From Macrostomum lignano (taxonomy: Eukaryota): DNA of 64,000 nt. Each line of letters begins with the position of its first letter. Position 1 is the first letter of the stretch. A program made the translations under genes and the position numbers. The DNA is taken from positions 186,001 to 250,000 of the forward strand of contig NIVC01001122.1 in assembly GCA_002269645.1 (NCBI GenBank). Direction: 5' to 3'. The notes beneath the pieces were generated by a model. The model ran no database searches. It had not been told where the DNA came from and saw only the letters and a program-made list of their open reading frames with translations. Positions 13,560-27,170 of the stretch are shown one piece after another.

Positions 13560-14235
13560 ATGCGGGAGAATAAGAATAATATATATAAGGTAGAACAAGA
13601 AGGAGATAGGGTAGAATGAGTGGGAGGTAGGATGGAATGAGAGGGAGATAGGAGAGAATGAGGGGGAGATAAGAGAGAATGAGAGGAAGATAAGGGAGAA
13701 TGAGAGGAAAATAGGGGAGAATGAGAGGGAGATATTGGAGAATGAGATAGATATATTGGAGAATGAGATAGAGATATTGGAGAATGAGATAGAGATATTG
13801 GAGAATGAGATAGAGATATTGGAGAATAAGATAGAGATATTGGAGAATGAGATAGATATATTGGAGAATGAGATAGAGATATTGGAGAATGAGATAGAGA
13901 TATTGGAGAATGAGATAGAGATATTGGAGAATGAGATAGAGATATTGGAGAATGAGATAGAGATATTGGAGAATGAGATAGATATATTGGAGAATGAGAT
14001 AGAGATATTGGAGAATGAGATAGAGATATTGGAGAATGAGATAGATATATTGGAGAATAAGATAGAGATATTGGAGAATGAGATAGATATATTGGAGAAT
14101 GAGATAGAGATATTGGAGAATGAGATAGAGATATTGGAGATTGAGATAGAGATATTGGAGAATGAGAGGGAGATAAGAGAGAATGAGATGAAAATAGGGG
14201 AGAATGTGAGGGAGATAGGGAGAATGATCGGGAAA
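13560..14235. repeat. Intergenic 21-mer gagaatgagatagagatattg
   Basis: Tandem copies read directly. Confidence 0.95.
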
Positions 14236-14819
14236 TGGAGCAGTTAGAATAGATTGAGATGGTCTCATTTTCTAAACCGACTCTGGGTCACCGCTTCTTG
14301 ACCCAAAGATGAGGAGGTGAGAAATTAAGTGAGGACTCCCACTTGATCTAAAATTGGCATTAGATGTTATTTATGGTATTCTGACTGTTTATTAATTGTC
14401 TTTGTCTTTCTGCCAAATCAGAAGCAATTTTTTAAATGTATTTTTAATGTTTTACATGCTACTATAAGTAAGCGTTTCTGTCACTGATTGAATATGTTGT
14501 TATCCATTGTTTTGTTGCTTGCTAGTTGCAATTGGAGCTAATTTATACAAATATTTCTATTCTAAATGAGGCTAGGAGGTCGGGGGTGACACAGTCGAAA
14601 CCGTTTGCTACAATATTTCTAGTTCTGCGCTTCAGTAAAAACTTCTTTAGAGCTTGATTACTTTTGCTAAATTTCTCTGAATTGCTTCCTTCTGCAAAGA
14701 AATATATTTGCAAAAGCTTCTATTGCAATTTTTATGGAAATGACTGCAATCATTTTTTGTTTAAAAAATTGTTTTTTTTCAAGTTGTTTTTCTCTGCTCT
14801 CGGAATAAAATGTTTGCGC

Positions 14820-15105
14820 CCTCAGATTCTCCTGTCCTCATTCTCAGTTTCTCATGTCCTCACTCTCCGTTTCTCGTATCTACACCCTCAGTTTCTCATT
14901 TCCTCACTCTCAGTTTCTCGTACTTACACTCTCAGATTCTCATATTTACATTAGCAGTTTCTCATGTCCTCACTCTCCGTTTCTCATATCTACACCCTCA
15001 GTTTCTCATTTCCTCACTCTCAGTTTCTCGTACTTACACTCTCAGATTCTCATATTTACATTAGCAGTTTCTCATGTCCTCACTCTCAGTTTCTCATATT
15101 TACAC
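14820..15105. repeat. About 110-bp tandem duplication built of about 22-bp ctcagtttctca subunits
   Basis: The same block recurs at about 14845, 14955 and 15065. Confidence 0.85.
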
Positions 15106-16297
15106 TCTTTTACAGACCGCTAGTTCCAGGCCCTGGTTACCAATTAGCAAGGTATGGACATGAAAAAGTGCAGCAGTCAGTCTGATCCAAGCCGCTACCG
15201 CCTCTGCCTGGGAGCAGCAGATCCTCTAGGAGTCTAGGAATCTCCGCTTGCATTGCGAGCGTACTGACGAAAATGGGGAAGAGGTAAATTTAATTTCCTG
15301 TTTCGCAAAGATTAATTATTGATTCTTTTGTATGCATCTTGGCTGCCAGCTTCGGATAATGCAGGATTAATTGGAGATTTATTCGTGCTAGGAGGGCAGA
15401 TCATTGAGTTGCTGTACCAGCACCTGATCTATTGAATTCGTCAGGTGTTCCGACTCGATTTTAATTGCAATTCCCATATTATTGTATGCTTTAAGCAGCT
15501 TATGAGCATGTTGATGAAGCTTCGGACGAGCTCTGCCCAGAATCTTATTTTCTCTTCTTGTCCTGTTGCAACAAGACGGGAACAGAGCGGCCACCACTGG
15601 CTGAGCTTGCATGGCTTGCCGAGTGCAAGCAAAAAGGCTCACAGCTTTTTAGAAGCGGGCGGCTCTCCATAGACTTAATGAGCCCCGCTATGTCGCCCCA
15701 CTTCATCCCAAGAGGGAGGGAGTGGCGTTCGTGCAGCTGCCTTGTAAGTAATGACTTATTTCTATATGGGAAAGAAGTTCCCAATGCTCCGGCTCATTGC
15801 TTAGCGTTGCCAAGGAAGCCCATTTTCTTGACAGCGCAGGTTGGGGCTGCTGGAGCTGAGCTGCACTGCTCAACTCATTTTATTCACAATCCCTACTCTG
15901 CCTAGACAGACGCAGTTCTCAAAATTAAGAGTTTTTCTAGCGGCAGATAGTGAAGTTTCGAATTCATCCGTTATTTCCAAAATTAAATTTCTGTATTTCA
16001 GCTAATGTTGGACTTATAGCTTTGATGGCTAAATAATAAAAATCATGGAGTCTTTCAACTTATTTTTCCTGTCCGCCTGGCCTTCTTTCTCCATTCTTCA
16101 TCCATTGTCCCCGATCGTAAGTTCGTCTCTCATTGGTCCGGACCACTCGCCATCATCTAACTGAAGCTGCTCTTGCACGGCGTGCACTGGGTGGCAACCC
16201 CAGTCCACTGCATCCACGGACGCTATAGTCGCGGCCTAAGCAGCAAATGCTAATAACAATGCAAAACATTAGGTGTCTCTTCCCTACGACGCGCTTT

Positions 16298-16334
<37 letters not shown>

Positions 16335-16645
16335 TCGCCTGCCCAGCAACCAACCAGCCAGCCAACCCGCAGGCACTTCTAGCTTGTCACCGCGTGCGCG
16401 TCCGCACTTCCGCTGTCTCCTATAGGGGCTCAGCAAAGCTCCATCCTGCCCTTCGTTCCTTCTTTACTGCTGCCATTGCTGGTGTATTCTCTTCCAGCTC
16501 TATAGTTGGCCGTTCGTTAATTCTTCAAATAGAGAGAGAGAGGTCTACTATAGCAGGCATCTTAGCAACAAACTAAGCCTGCAAACTTTAGCCAAAGCTC
16601 TCTCTCTCTCCTCGCCTGCTTGTGGCAGCCGCTCAGGCCGCCCCA

Positions 16646-18844
16646 ATGTCAGTAGCCATGAGCCAGCAGAGGCGCGCCAGCCGGCTGTTCCCGCCGCAGC
16701 CGCCAGACGAGGCCGCGGTGGCCGCCCGTCGTTTAGCACGCGAGGAGCGCCGACGCCAGAAGCGAATTATAGTATTCTGCAATGGCGACATCTTCTTCAA
16801 GGGCAAGAAGGTAAGCATAACGCCGCATAGGTACCTGTCCTACAATGACCTGCTGCAGGACCTCACAGCGAGAATGCCGCAGCACCTGCACCTGCCCAAC
16901 GGTGTCCGGCAGTTGTTCTCGCCGACAAGTGGTCGCCGACTTGCTGACGTCGCCGACTTGAAAGATGGCGGAGTTTACGTGTGCGCCGGCAACGAGACTT
17001 TCAAGCCGGTCACCTATGGCGCTACCGAGGTCACGCCTTGGGCCAGGGGTAAGCGCGACATGTAGAGTTCTCATTTGGCTTACAATGGTAATGAGGACTT
17101 TGGCTTGAGTTAGGGACACACCGTATTTAGTACATCCGCAATTGCGAAGTCCTGTAGCCTTTTATTGCTCAATTAAAATTCTATTGGGCTTATATCTTGT
17201 TTTAACTGTGCTTTGTAGTTGACTTATTTATTTCTATTTGATTTCGGCTGGAGCCAGAGCCTAACCAGTGCAAACTGTGGTTGGTTTATTGCCCATTAAA
17301 CTGGGGCTGGGGTCAGAGCTTAGCCAGTGCAAACTGTGGTTGGTTTATTGCCCATTAAACTGGGGCTGGAGTCAGAGCCTAACCAGTGCAAACTGTGGTT
17401 GGTTTATTGCCCATTAAACTGGGGCTGGAGTCAGAGCTTAGCCAGTGCAAACTGTGGTTGGTTTATTGCCCATTAAACTGGGGCTGGAGTCAGAGCCTAA
17501 CCAGTGCAAACTGTGGTTGGTTTATTGCCCATTAAACTGGGGCTGGAGTCAGAGCCTAACCAGTGCAAACTGTGGTTGGTTTATTGCCCATTAAACTGGG
17601 ACTGGAGTCAAAGCCTAACCAGTGCAAACTGTGGTTGGTTTATTGCCCATTTAACTGGGACTGGAGTCAAAGCCTAACCAGTGCAAACTGTGGTTGGTTT
17701 ATTGCCCATTTAACTGGGACTGGAGTCAAAGCCTAACCAGTGCAAACTGTGGTTGGTTTATTGCCCATTTAACTGGGACTGGAGTCAAAGCCTAACCAGT
17801 GCAAACTGTGGTTGGTTTATTGCCCATTTAACTGGGACTGGAGTCAAAGCCTAACCAGTGCAAACTGTGGTTGGTTTATTGCCCATTTAACTGGGACTGG
17901 AGTCAAAGCCTAACCAGTGCAAACTGTGGTTGGTTATCACAGCGTAATAATTAACCTAGTTATTGAGTTACCTGTGAGTTCTTCGCTTGATCAGTTCTGG
18001 GAAAGGTGTTTTCTTCTACGAGTAATTTAAAATCTTTCCCGTAGACTCGTTTTATATTTTTGTACAATTTTCTCAGATAATGGAAAAACACGCCTGCTCA
18101 GCCGAAAACGCACTTCCCCTTGCAGATTGTTGCTAAAAATATCTCAATAAATATTTTTCTTTGAAATTGTTTTTCATCGTCCTGCACCTGCATTATTCGC
18201 CCCTACCTGCATACTTTCTCTGCTATTTCTAGCCTATTTTAAAAATAGCTGCTCGTGTTTTCTTGGTCTCAATTAAATAAATTGTTTCCCAACCTTCAGG
18301 CCGGCGGGATTCCCAAGCCAGCCAGAAGCAGCAGCCTTGGCTTCAGCGACCGCAGCCGCCGCCGCCGCCGCAGCCGCAGTCGCTGTTTGCTGGCTACAAC
18401 GCCTTCCCGCCGTCTCGCTATTTGAAGCACCAGCGCGGCAAGCAGCAGCAATCGGCGCAGCAGCTGCAGCAGCAGCAGCAGAAGCAAAAGCCGAGTCTCA
18501 GTCTGGCCCGTCGACTTCAACCGCAGCAGCAGCAGCAGCAGCAGCAGCCGGTGCAGCGCCAGCCGCGCTTGGTGACAATCGTTAAAGAAGGTCCTCGCCC
18601 TCGCCAGGTGGTGAAGATGCTGTTAAACCGACGCGGAATTCAATCCTTTGCCCAGCTTCTGTCCGACATCTCCGACTCGTTTGGCGGCTCTCGAGGTCGT
18701 CGAGAACGACTTAAAAAGATCTTCACAATTGCCGGACGGGAAATCCGGGATGTTGGCGATCTGTTTCGCGATGACGACCTGTTTGTGGGCTGCGTGGAAG
18801 ACGCAATCGAAATAGCGCAGGTGCGTTGAAAAAAGACCTGATTT

Positions 18845-18925
<81 letters not shown>

Positions 18926-18946
18926 CAGTTAGTTAGTTAGTTAGTC

Positions 18947-19001
<55 letters not shown>

Positions 19002-19078
19002 CAGTTAGTTAGTTAGTTAGTCAGTTAGTTAGTTAGTCAGTTAGTTAGTTAGTTAGTTAGTCAGTTAGTTAGTTAGTC

Positions 19079-19132
<54 letters not shown>

Positions 19133-22100
19133 CTACCCGTTCCGCAAATCTCCCGCTGACAGGTGGAAGACCTGCTGGAGGAGCTGTACCCCGGCAACCC
19201 TGGGGTGCGCGACCTTCTAAACGACTGGGAGCGCCGATTGAAGCGGCGCCAGATGCGCCGCCAGCAGATGCAGCAGCATCGGCAGCAGCCGCGTCTGCAC
19301 CAGCAAAAGCAGCAACAACAGCAACAAAAGCAGCCGCAGCAACAGCAGCGGTTGGCGACAGACGAGCGGGACAGCGGCTACGACGAGTCGGATCTGCAGG
19401 CGCTGGCCAGCGTCCGCGAGCACCAGCATCAGCAACCGCAACAGCATCGCACGGCCGCCGCCGCCAAGCGCCACCAGCCGCTGCCGCTGTTGCGCAACTC
19501 CGCCGACGTGGAAGCCTCGGAGGCGGCCGCCCTGGCCGAGGCGCTCGCCGAAGCGGAGCGTCGGGCTCGGGAGCGCCAGGCGGCGGCCGAGGCGGCGGCA
19601 GAAGCGGCTTCGGCGAAGCGCGAACTGCCGAGGGCCCACGTTGTGCTGCCTCCGATCGGGGCGAGCCGCGCCAGCGCGGAGCCGGCTGAGGAGGCGAACG
19701 CTGAGAAAGCCACCGACGCTGAGAAACCACCGCCGCAGGAGGGCGAGCCGCCGCAGCTGGAGCCCGTGGTGCTGCCCCGTGTAGCTTCCGCCGCGCAAGA
19801 GGACGCTGATGACGATGCGTCAGAGTCGGGGGTCCCAGCAGTTCCGCTTTCGCCAGTTCACGAGGAGGCGGCTGCTGAAGCGGCTGCCGAGGCCACCGTC
19901 GCCGCTGCCGCCGCCGCCGAACCTGAGGCGTCCGAGCCGAAAGAGTCGGCAGCCGAGGCAGCGGCACCAACCGACCGCAAGCGGCCACTGATTCGGCCAA
20001 TCTCGTCCACGCGCTACGTATTCGAACGGTACGACCTCGGACGGACTCTGGGCGACGGCAATTTCGCCGTGGTGCGCGCCTGCGTCAAGCGGGACAGCGG
20101 CAACGAGTACGCGGCCAAGGTGATCGACAAGAAGAAACTGCGCGGCAAGGAGCACATGGTGCTGAACGAGGTGCGAATCATGCGGCTCTGCCGGCACCCC
20201 AACATTGTGCGCCTAGTCGATGAGTACGAGACCAAAGCCGAGATCTACCTCATCATGGAGCTCGTCAAAGGCGGCGACCTGTTCGACGCGATTAGTCAGG
20301 TGGTAAAGTTCAACGAGATCCAGGCCTCCAGCATGGTGGCGGACATCGCCGGGGCGCTGCACTATCTGCACAGCAGGCGGATTGTCCATCGTGACTTGAA
20401 GCCGGAGAACCTGCTGGTGAGCTGGACAGTGGCATCAGCTGGCACTGATTGGGGGTTCGGGCAGTGGCTGAGAAGGCGCAGAAGTGTGTACGCAGAAGCA
20501 ATTGCGGCTTCTTCCCTAGTCTTGGAAGTTTTTCCTCTGAGTCGGCCGATAGCAAGGCGACAGAGCGTTGCTAAAGGAGCGTGCCATTGCCTCCGCAATG
20601 TCTTTGAGTCTGCCTTCTAGGCGGTGGGGGTTAGAGGAAGTCTATTGTTTCCCAGACTTGCATCCGCAGGCTAGCTCTTTTCCACGCAGAATCCCTCCGT
20701 TTTCTGGCTTCCATACCTGCGTTGCCTCTTCGGGTGCTTTCTTTCTCGGACCCTCTCTCCCCTCACACTCATTTTTCCATTCAAGCAGTGCCCGCGGAAG
20801 TTCAGCTACCAAACTACTTCACATCATTACCCATTCCCGTTTCCCCTCTCCGTCCCTCAGCCTCTCCCGGCTGCTGCTTTGTAGCAAAAGATCTGCCTAC
20901 CCACCGCCTCTCCCTTTGAGTTTGTCAACTTCACAGTTTCCAATAGCAACCAGAGCAAAATTCATCGGGTCGGAGCCTCGGGCCTACCCGTGAGGCTCGT
21001 AGAAAATTCTCTTAGCAAATATCAGCTACTCTCTTTGTAGTCATTGAATTCCACGCCCTTAATGAGAGTAGGAGGAAAGACTTTCCTGGGTAAGTCTCTG
21101 ACTATCCAAGAGGGCTCCCGACTGCACTGATAGTCTCTGATTATCCTGGGAGGCTCCCGACTGCACTGATAGTCTCTGATTATCCTGGGAGGCTCCCGAC
21201 TGCACTGATAGTCTCTGATTATCCTGGGAGGCTCCCGACTGCACTGATAGTCTCTGATTATCCTGGGAGGCTCCCGACTGCACTGATAGTCTCTGATTAT
21301 CCTGGGAGGCTCCCGACTGCACTGATAGTCTCTGATTATCCTGGGAGGCTCCCAACTGCACTGATAGTCTCTGATTATCCTGGGAGGCTCCCGACTGCAC
21401 TGATAGTCTCTGATTATCCTGGGAGGCTTCCGACTGCACTGATAGTCTCTGATTATCCTAGGAGGCTTCCGACTGCACTGATAGTCTCTGATTATCCTGG
21501 AAGGCTCTCAACTGCACTAATAGTCTATGGCTATCCTGGAAGGCTCCCAACTGCACTGATAGTCTATGGCTATTCTAAAAGGCCCCCGACTGCACTGATT
21601 TGTCTCTGATTATCCTGGGAGGCTCCCGACTGCACTGATAGTCTCTGATTATCCTGGGAGGCTCCCGACTGCACTGATAGTCTCTGATTATCCTGGGAGG
21701 CTCCCGACTGCACTGATAGTCTCTGATTATCCTGGGAGGCTCCCAACTGCACTGATAGTCTCTGATTATCCTGGGAGGCTTCCGACTGCACTGATAGTCT
21801 CTGACTATCCAAGAGGGCTCCCGACTGCACTGATAGTCTCTGATTATCCTGGGAGGCTCCCGACTGCACTGATAGTCTCTGATTATCCTGGGAGGCTCCC
21901 GACTGCACTGATAGTCTCTGATTATCCTGGGAGGCTCCCAACTGCACTGATAGTCTCTGATTATCCTGGGAGGCTCCCGACTGCACTGATAGTCTCTGAT
22001 TATCCTGGGAGGCTTCCGACTGCACTGATAGTCTCTGATTATCCTGGGAGGCTCCCGACTGCACTGATAGTCTCTGATTATCCTGGGAGGCTCCCGACTG

Positions 22101-25100
22101 CACTGATAGTCTCTGATTATCCTGGGAGGCTCCCAACTGCACTGATAGTCTCTGATTATCCTGGGAGGCTCCCGACTGCACTGATAGTCTCTGATTATCC
22201 TGGGAGGCTTCCGACTGCACTGATAGTCTCTGATTATCCTGGGAGGCTCCCGACTGCACTGATAGTCTCTGATTATCCTGGGAGGCTCCCGACTGCACTG
22301 ATAGTCTCTGATTATCCTGGGAGGCTCCCAACTGCACTGATAGTCTCTGATTATCCTGGGAGGCTCCCGACTGCACTGATAGTCTCTGATTATCCTGGGA
22401 GGCTTCCGACTGCACTGATAGTCTCTGATTATCCTGGAAGGCTCTCAACTGCACTAATAGTCTATGGCTATCCTGGAAGGCTCCCAACTGCACTGATAGT
22501 CTATGGCTATTCTAAAAGGCCCCCGACTGCACTGATTTGTCTCTGATTATCCTGGGAGGCTCCCGACTGCACTGATAGTCTATGGCTATCCTGGAAGGCC
22601 CCCGACTGCACTGATAGTCTCTGATTATCCTGGGAGGCTTCCGACTGCACTGATAGTCTCTGATTATCCTGGAAGGCTCTCAACTGCACTAATAGTCTAT
22701 GGCTATCCTGGGAGGCTCCCAACTGCACTGATAGTCTATGGCTATCCTGGAAGGCTCTCAACTGCACTGATAGTCTATGGCTATCCTGGAAGGCTCCCAA
22801 CTGCACTGATAGTCTATGGCTATTCTAAAAGGCCCCCGACTGCACTGATTTGTCTCTGATTATCCTGGGAGGCTCCCGACTGCACTGATAGTCTCTGATT
22901 ATCCTGGGAGGCTCTCAACTGCACTGATAGTCTATGGCTATCCTGGAAGGCTCTCAACTGCACTAATAGTCTATGGCTATCCTGGAAGGCTCCCAACTGC
23001 ACTGATAGTCTATGGCTATCCTGGAAGGCTCCCGACTGCACTGATAGTCTCTGATTATCCTGGGAGGCTCTCAACTGCACTGATAGTCTATGGCTATCCT
23101 GGAAGGCTCTCAACTGCACTAATAGTCTATGGCTATCCTGGGAGGCTCCCAACTGCACTGATAGTCTATGGCTATCCTGGAAGGCTCTCAACTGCACTGA
23201 TAGTCTATGGCTATCCTGGAAGGCTCCCAACTGCACTGATAGTCTCTGATTATCCTGGAAGGCTCCCGACTGCACTGATAGTCTCTGATTATCCTGGGAG
23301 GCTCTCAACTGCACTGATAGTCTATGGCTATCCTGGAAGGCCCCCGACTGCACTGATAGTCTCTGATTATCGTGGGAGGCTCCCGACTGCACTGATAGTC
23401 TGATAATTTGCAGGTGTACCGCAGCAAAGACAACAAGATCAGTTTAAAGCTCGGCGACTTCGGCCTGGCAATGGAGGTTGAAGAGGCAATCTTTACTGTT
23501 TGCGGCACGCCAACCTACGTCGCCCCGGAGATTCTGTCGGAGACAGGTGAGCGGATGACAGGTGCTGCGCCCTTCCTGTTGATTTTGAATCAGGTGAGAG
23601 GAAAAAGGGAAAAATTAGATTACGATTAGAAATTTTGTTACCGAGGGGAGAACGTTTAAATCATCCGAGGGATGACGACAGGATGTCAGGTTTATCCTGG
23701 ATTTATAAATTCATATTTACTATACAAATCATTTTATATTAACAAAAACTGCATAGTTTATATTGTCCTTAGTAGTTTGAACTAATCAGCCTGCACGACT
23801 TGACCGACTTGAAGTCCTACTAGAGTTTATGAGGAACTTAATTTACTTGGAAAGTCTCTTCTCTCTGCGTCCCTCTACCTTGCTTCCTGTCAACACAATG
23901 GCGTCTCAAGTTTGCCACCTGGCAACTATTATTAAATTGGCTTCTTGAGCTTCCTGTGAACAGTTAGAAAGATAGTCGGGGCTGGGGCGCCACAAAGAGA
24001 GCGCGCGGGACAGTTCCTGTTCCATTAAGTTCAATCGGTCCATTTGTATCAGTCCCAAAGTATTATCAGCAGGCTTATGTCTAATAGGACTCCCCTTTAT
24101 CCATTCGGTTGCCACTCTTATCCACTGGGTTGCCACTCCTTATCCATTAGGTTGCCACTCTTATCCACTGGGTTGCCACTCCTTATCCATTAGGTTGCCG
24201 CTCCTTATCCATTGGGTTGCCATTCTCTCTTATCCATTGGGTTGCCATTCTCTCTTATCCATTAGGTTGCCGCTCCTTATCCATTGGATTGCCATTCTCT
24301 CTTATCCATCGGGTTGCTGCTCCTTATCCATTGGGTTGCCACTCTCTCTTATCTATTTGGTTGCCACTCCTTATCCATTGGGTTGCCACTCCTTATCCAT
24401 TGGGTTGCCACTCTTATCCATTAGGTTGCCGCTCCTTATCCATTGGGTTGCCATTCTCTCTTATCCATTGGGTTGCCATTCTCTCTTATCCATTAGGTTG
24501 CCGCTCCTTATCCATTGGATTGCCATTCTCTCTTATCCATCGGGTTGCTGCTCCTTATCCATTGGGTTGCCACTCTCTCTTATCTATTTGGTTGCCACTC
24601 CTTATCCATTGGGTTGCCACTCCTTATCCATTGGGTTGCCACTCTTATCCATTAGGTTGCCGCTCCTTATCCATTGGATTGCCATTCTCTCTTATCTATT
24701 TGGTTGCCACTCCTTATCCATTGGGTTGCCACTCCTTATCCATTGGGTTGCCGCTCCTTATCCATTGAGTTGCCACTCCTTATCCATTAGGTTGCCGCTC
24801 CTTATCCATTGGGTTCCCATTCTCTCTTATCCATTGGGTTGCCACTCCTTATCCAGTGTGTTGCCATTCTCTCTTATCCATTGGGTTGCCACTCTCTCTT
24901 ATCTATTTGGTTTCCACTCCTTATCCAGTGTGTTGCCACTCTCTCTTATCCATTGGGTTGCCACTCCTTATCCATTGGGTTGCCACTCCTTATCCAGTGG
25001 GTTGCCACTCCCTCTTATCTATTGGGTTGCCAATTAAATCTAATTAAAAACAAGTCCACTCTCCCATTCCAGGCTATGGACTCGAAGTGGACATGTGGGC

Positions 25101-26241
25101 CCTGGGCGTCATTGCCTACATCTTGCTGTGCGGCTTCCCCCCGTTCCGCAGTCGGGACCGGCGCCAGTCAGAGCTGTTCCAGATGATCAAGACTGGCACC
25201 TTTGAGTACCTCAGCCCCTACTGGGACCACGTGTCCGCCCGTGAGTGCGCTGGCTACCTGCCTACCTGCCTACCTGCCTACCTGCCTACCTGCCTACCTG
25301 CCTACCTGCCTACCTGCCTACCTGCCTACCTGCCTACCTGCCAACCTGCCTACCTGCCAACCTGCCTACCTGCCTACCTGCCTACCTGCCAACCTGCCTA
25401 CCTGCCAACCTGCCTACCTGCCAACCGAACTACCCTTCAATTCTACTCTACCCACTCCACTTGCCCCCTTTGTCACTTTACATCCCCATTGTCACCCACA
25501 TCCCCATTGTCACCCACATCCCCATTGTCACCCACATCCCCATTGTCACCCACATCCCCATTGTCACCCACATCCCCATTGTCACCCACATCTCATTGTC
25601 ACTCCACATCCCATTGTCACTCCACATCCCCATTGTCACTCCACATCCCATGTCACTCCATATCCCCATGTCACTCCACATCCCATTGTCACTCCATATC
25701 CCATGTCAATCCACATCCCCTTGTCAATCCACATCCCCTTGTCAATCCACATTACATTGTCACTCCACATTCCATTGTCAATCCACATCCCATTGTCACT
25801 CCACATCCCATTGTCACTCCACATCTCATTGTCACTCCATATCCCATTGTCACTCCACATCTCATTGTCACTCCACATCCCATTGTCACTTTACATCCCA
25901 TTGTCACTCCACATCCCATTGTCACTCCACATCCCATTGTCACTCCACACCTCTACATAAATTTGAATTCGAAATCTCACACCGCAGCCGCCAAGGATCT
26001 CATCAACCGTCTCCTAGTGGTGGACAAGGCGGCCCGCCTCACCGCCATAGACGTCCTTTGCCACGCCTGGGTGCTGTCACGCGGCGGCTCACAACGCCAG
26101 GAGCAGGAGCAGCAGACTGACTCAGCCGCCTTGAAAGACGAGCAGTCCCGTCTGCGCGACCAGCTTGTTGCAGAGGCGGCCGCAGCGATTGAAGAGTTCA
26201 GCAAATTGAAGGCTTCTAGTCTCTATGGCGGGGTTACCTGA
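16646..26241 (+). CDS. DCLK3: Doublecortin-like Ser/Thr kinase (DCLK3-like), two DCX domains plus CaMK-type kinase, about 910 aa
   Basis: Exons 16646(or 16658)-17048, 18300-18820, 19163-20416, 23414-23546, 25073-25240, 25988-26241; all GT-AG and phase-consistent (2733 nt). DCX1: NGDIFFKG...[14 protein letters not shown]2: [10 protein letters not shown]...KMLLNRR. Kinase motifs [45 protein letters not shown]. Family is secure; the DCLK3 subtype is from recalled signatures. Confidence 0.88.
17250..17935. repeat. Intronic 59-mer tandem repeat (about 11-12 copies)
   Basis: Unit aaccagtgcaaactgtggttggtttattgcccattaaactggggctggagtcagagcct. Confidence 0.95.
18846..19131. repeat. (TTAG)n microsatellite with TCAG variants
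   Basis: Fills most of the DCLK intron 18821-19162. Confidence 0.97.
21105..23402. repeat. Intronic 39-mer satellite ctgcactgatagtctctgattatcctgggaggctcccga
   Basis: About 59 copies; ends a few nt before the splice acceptor at 23413. Confidence 0.97.
24095..25032. repeat. Intronic about 22-mer ccttatccattgggttgccact
   Basis: Tandem copies read directly. Confidence 0.95.
25252..25950. repeat. Intronic (cctacctg)n followed by 18-mer catcccattgtcactcca
   Basis: Two adjacent arrays, about 25252-25425 and about 25480-25950. Confidence 0.95.
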
Positions 26242-26637
26242 GACTCCTCTCATTGCGCGAAAAACTGCTGCTTTCTACTCTTAGTAGCATAAAGTGGCTG
26301 TTTATTGCTGTTTAAATGCTTAAAAAACCAGATTAAACTATTTTTTGCGAATTTGATAGAAACTTGAAAGCTCTCCCACTGGCAGTGTTTGCTTTGCTTG
26401 TTCGTCCTGCTGCGTAGCCATTCTAGTGCATTTACGTATCGATTAAATTACTATTTTATTATAATTATTTACTTAATTATACCGTTACTTACCTGTGTGC
26501 GAATTTGGGGGATGAAAAAATGATTGTGACATGTCTAAGTAAATATATTGTTCAATTAAAAATGAATCAAATCTAAGCTTGTAAGGATTTCTGCTTTAAT
26601 TTACTGTCAGCCCAGTTGGGTGGAACTGCAAGTTAAC

Positions 26638-27170
26638 TCTCACTCCCCTTCACTCTCACTCCCCTTCACTCTCACTCCCCTTCACTCTCACTCCCCTTCA
26701 CTCTCACTCCCCTTCACTCTCAGTCCCCTTCACTCTCACTCCCCTTCACTCTCACTCCCCTTCACTCTCACTCCCCTTCACTCTCACTCCCCTTCACTCT
26801 CACTCCCCTTCACTCTCACTCCCCTTCACTCTCACTCCCCTTCACTCTCACTCCCCTTCACTCTCACTCCCCTTCACTCTCACTCCCCTTCACTCTCACT
26901 CCCCTTCACTCTCACTCCCCTTCACTCTCACTCCCCTTCACTCTCACTCCCCTTCACTCCCAGTCCCCTTCACTCTCACTCCCCTTCACTCTCTCAGTTG
27001 CCTTCACTCTCACTCCCCTTCACTCTCACTCCCCTTCACTCTCATTCCCCTTCACTCTCTCAGTTGCCTTCACTCTCACTCCCCTTCACTCTCACTCCCC
27101 TTCACTCTCTCAGTTGCCTTCACTCTCACTCCCCTTCACTCTCTCAGTTGCCTTCACTCTCACTCCCCTT
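26638..27170. repeat. Intergenic 16-mer cactctcactcccctt
   Basis: Tandem copies read directly. Confidence 0.95.

Noticed and set aside
14280-15905. Short ORFs and splice-like sites between BLTP2 and DCLK (possible small gene)
   Set aside because: No phase-consistent multi-exon ORF or recognisable domain could be built. It could be UTR or decayed TE sequence.
17250-17935. CRISPR-like regular repeats (59-mer; also the 37- and 39-mers)
   Set aside because: Units are contiguous with no unique spacers, there are no cas genes, and the context is eukaryotic intronic DNA.
18846-19131. (TTAG)n as telomeric sequence
   Set aside because: A 4-mer microsatellite, not TTAGG or TTAGGG; it simply fills an intron.
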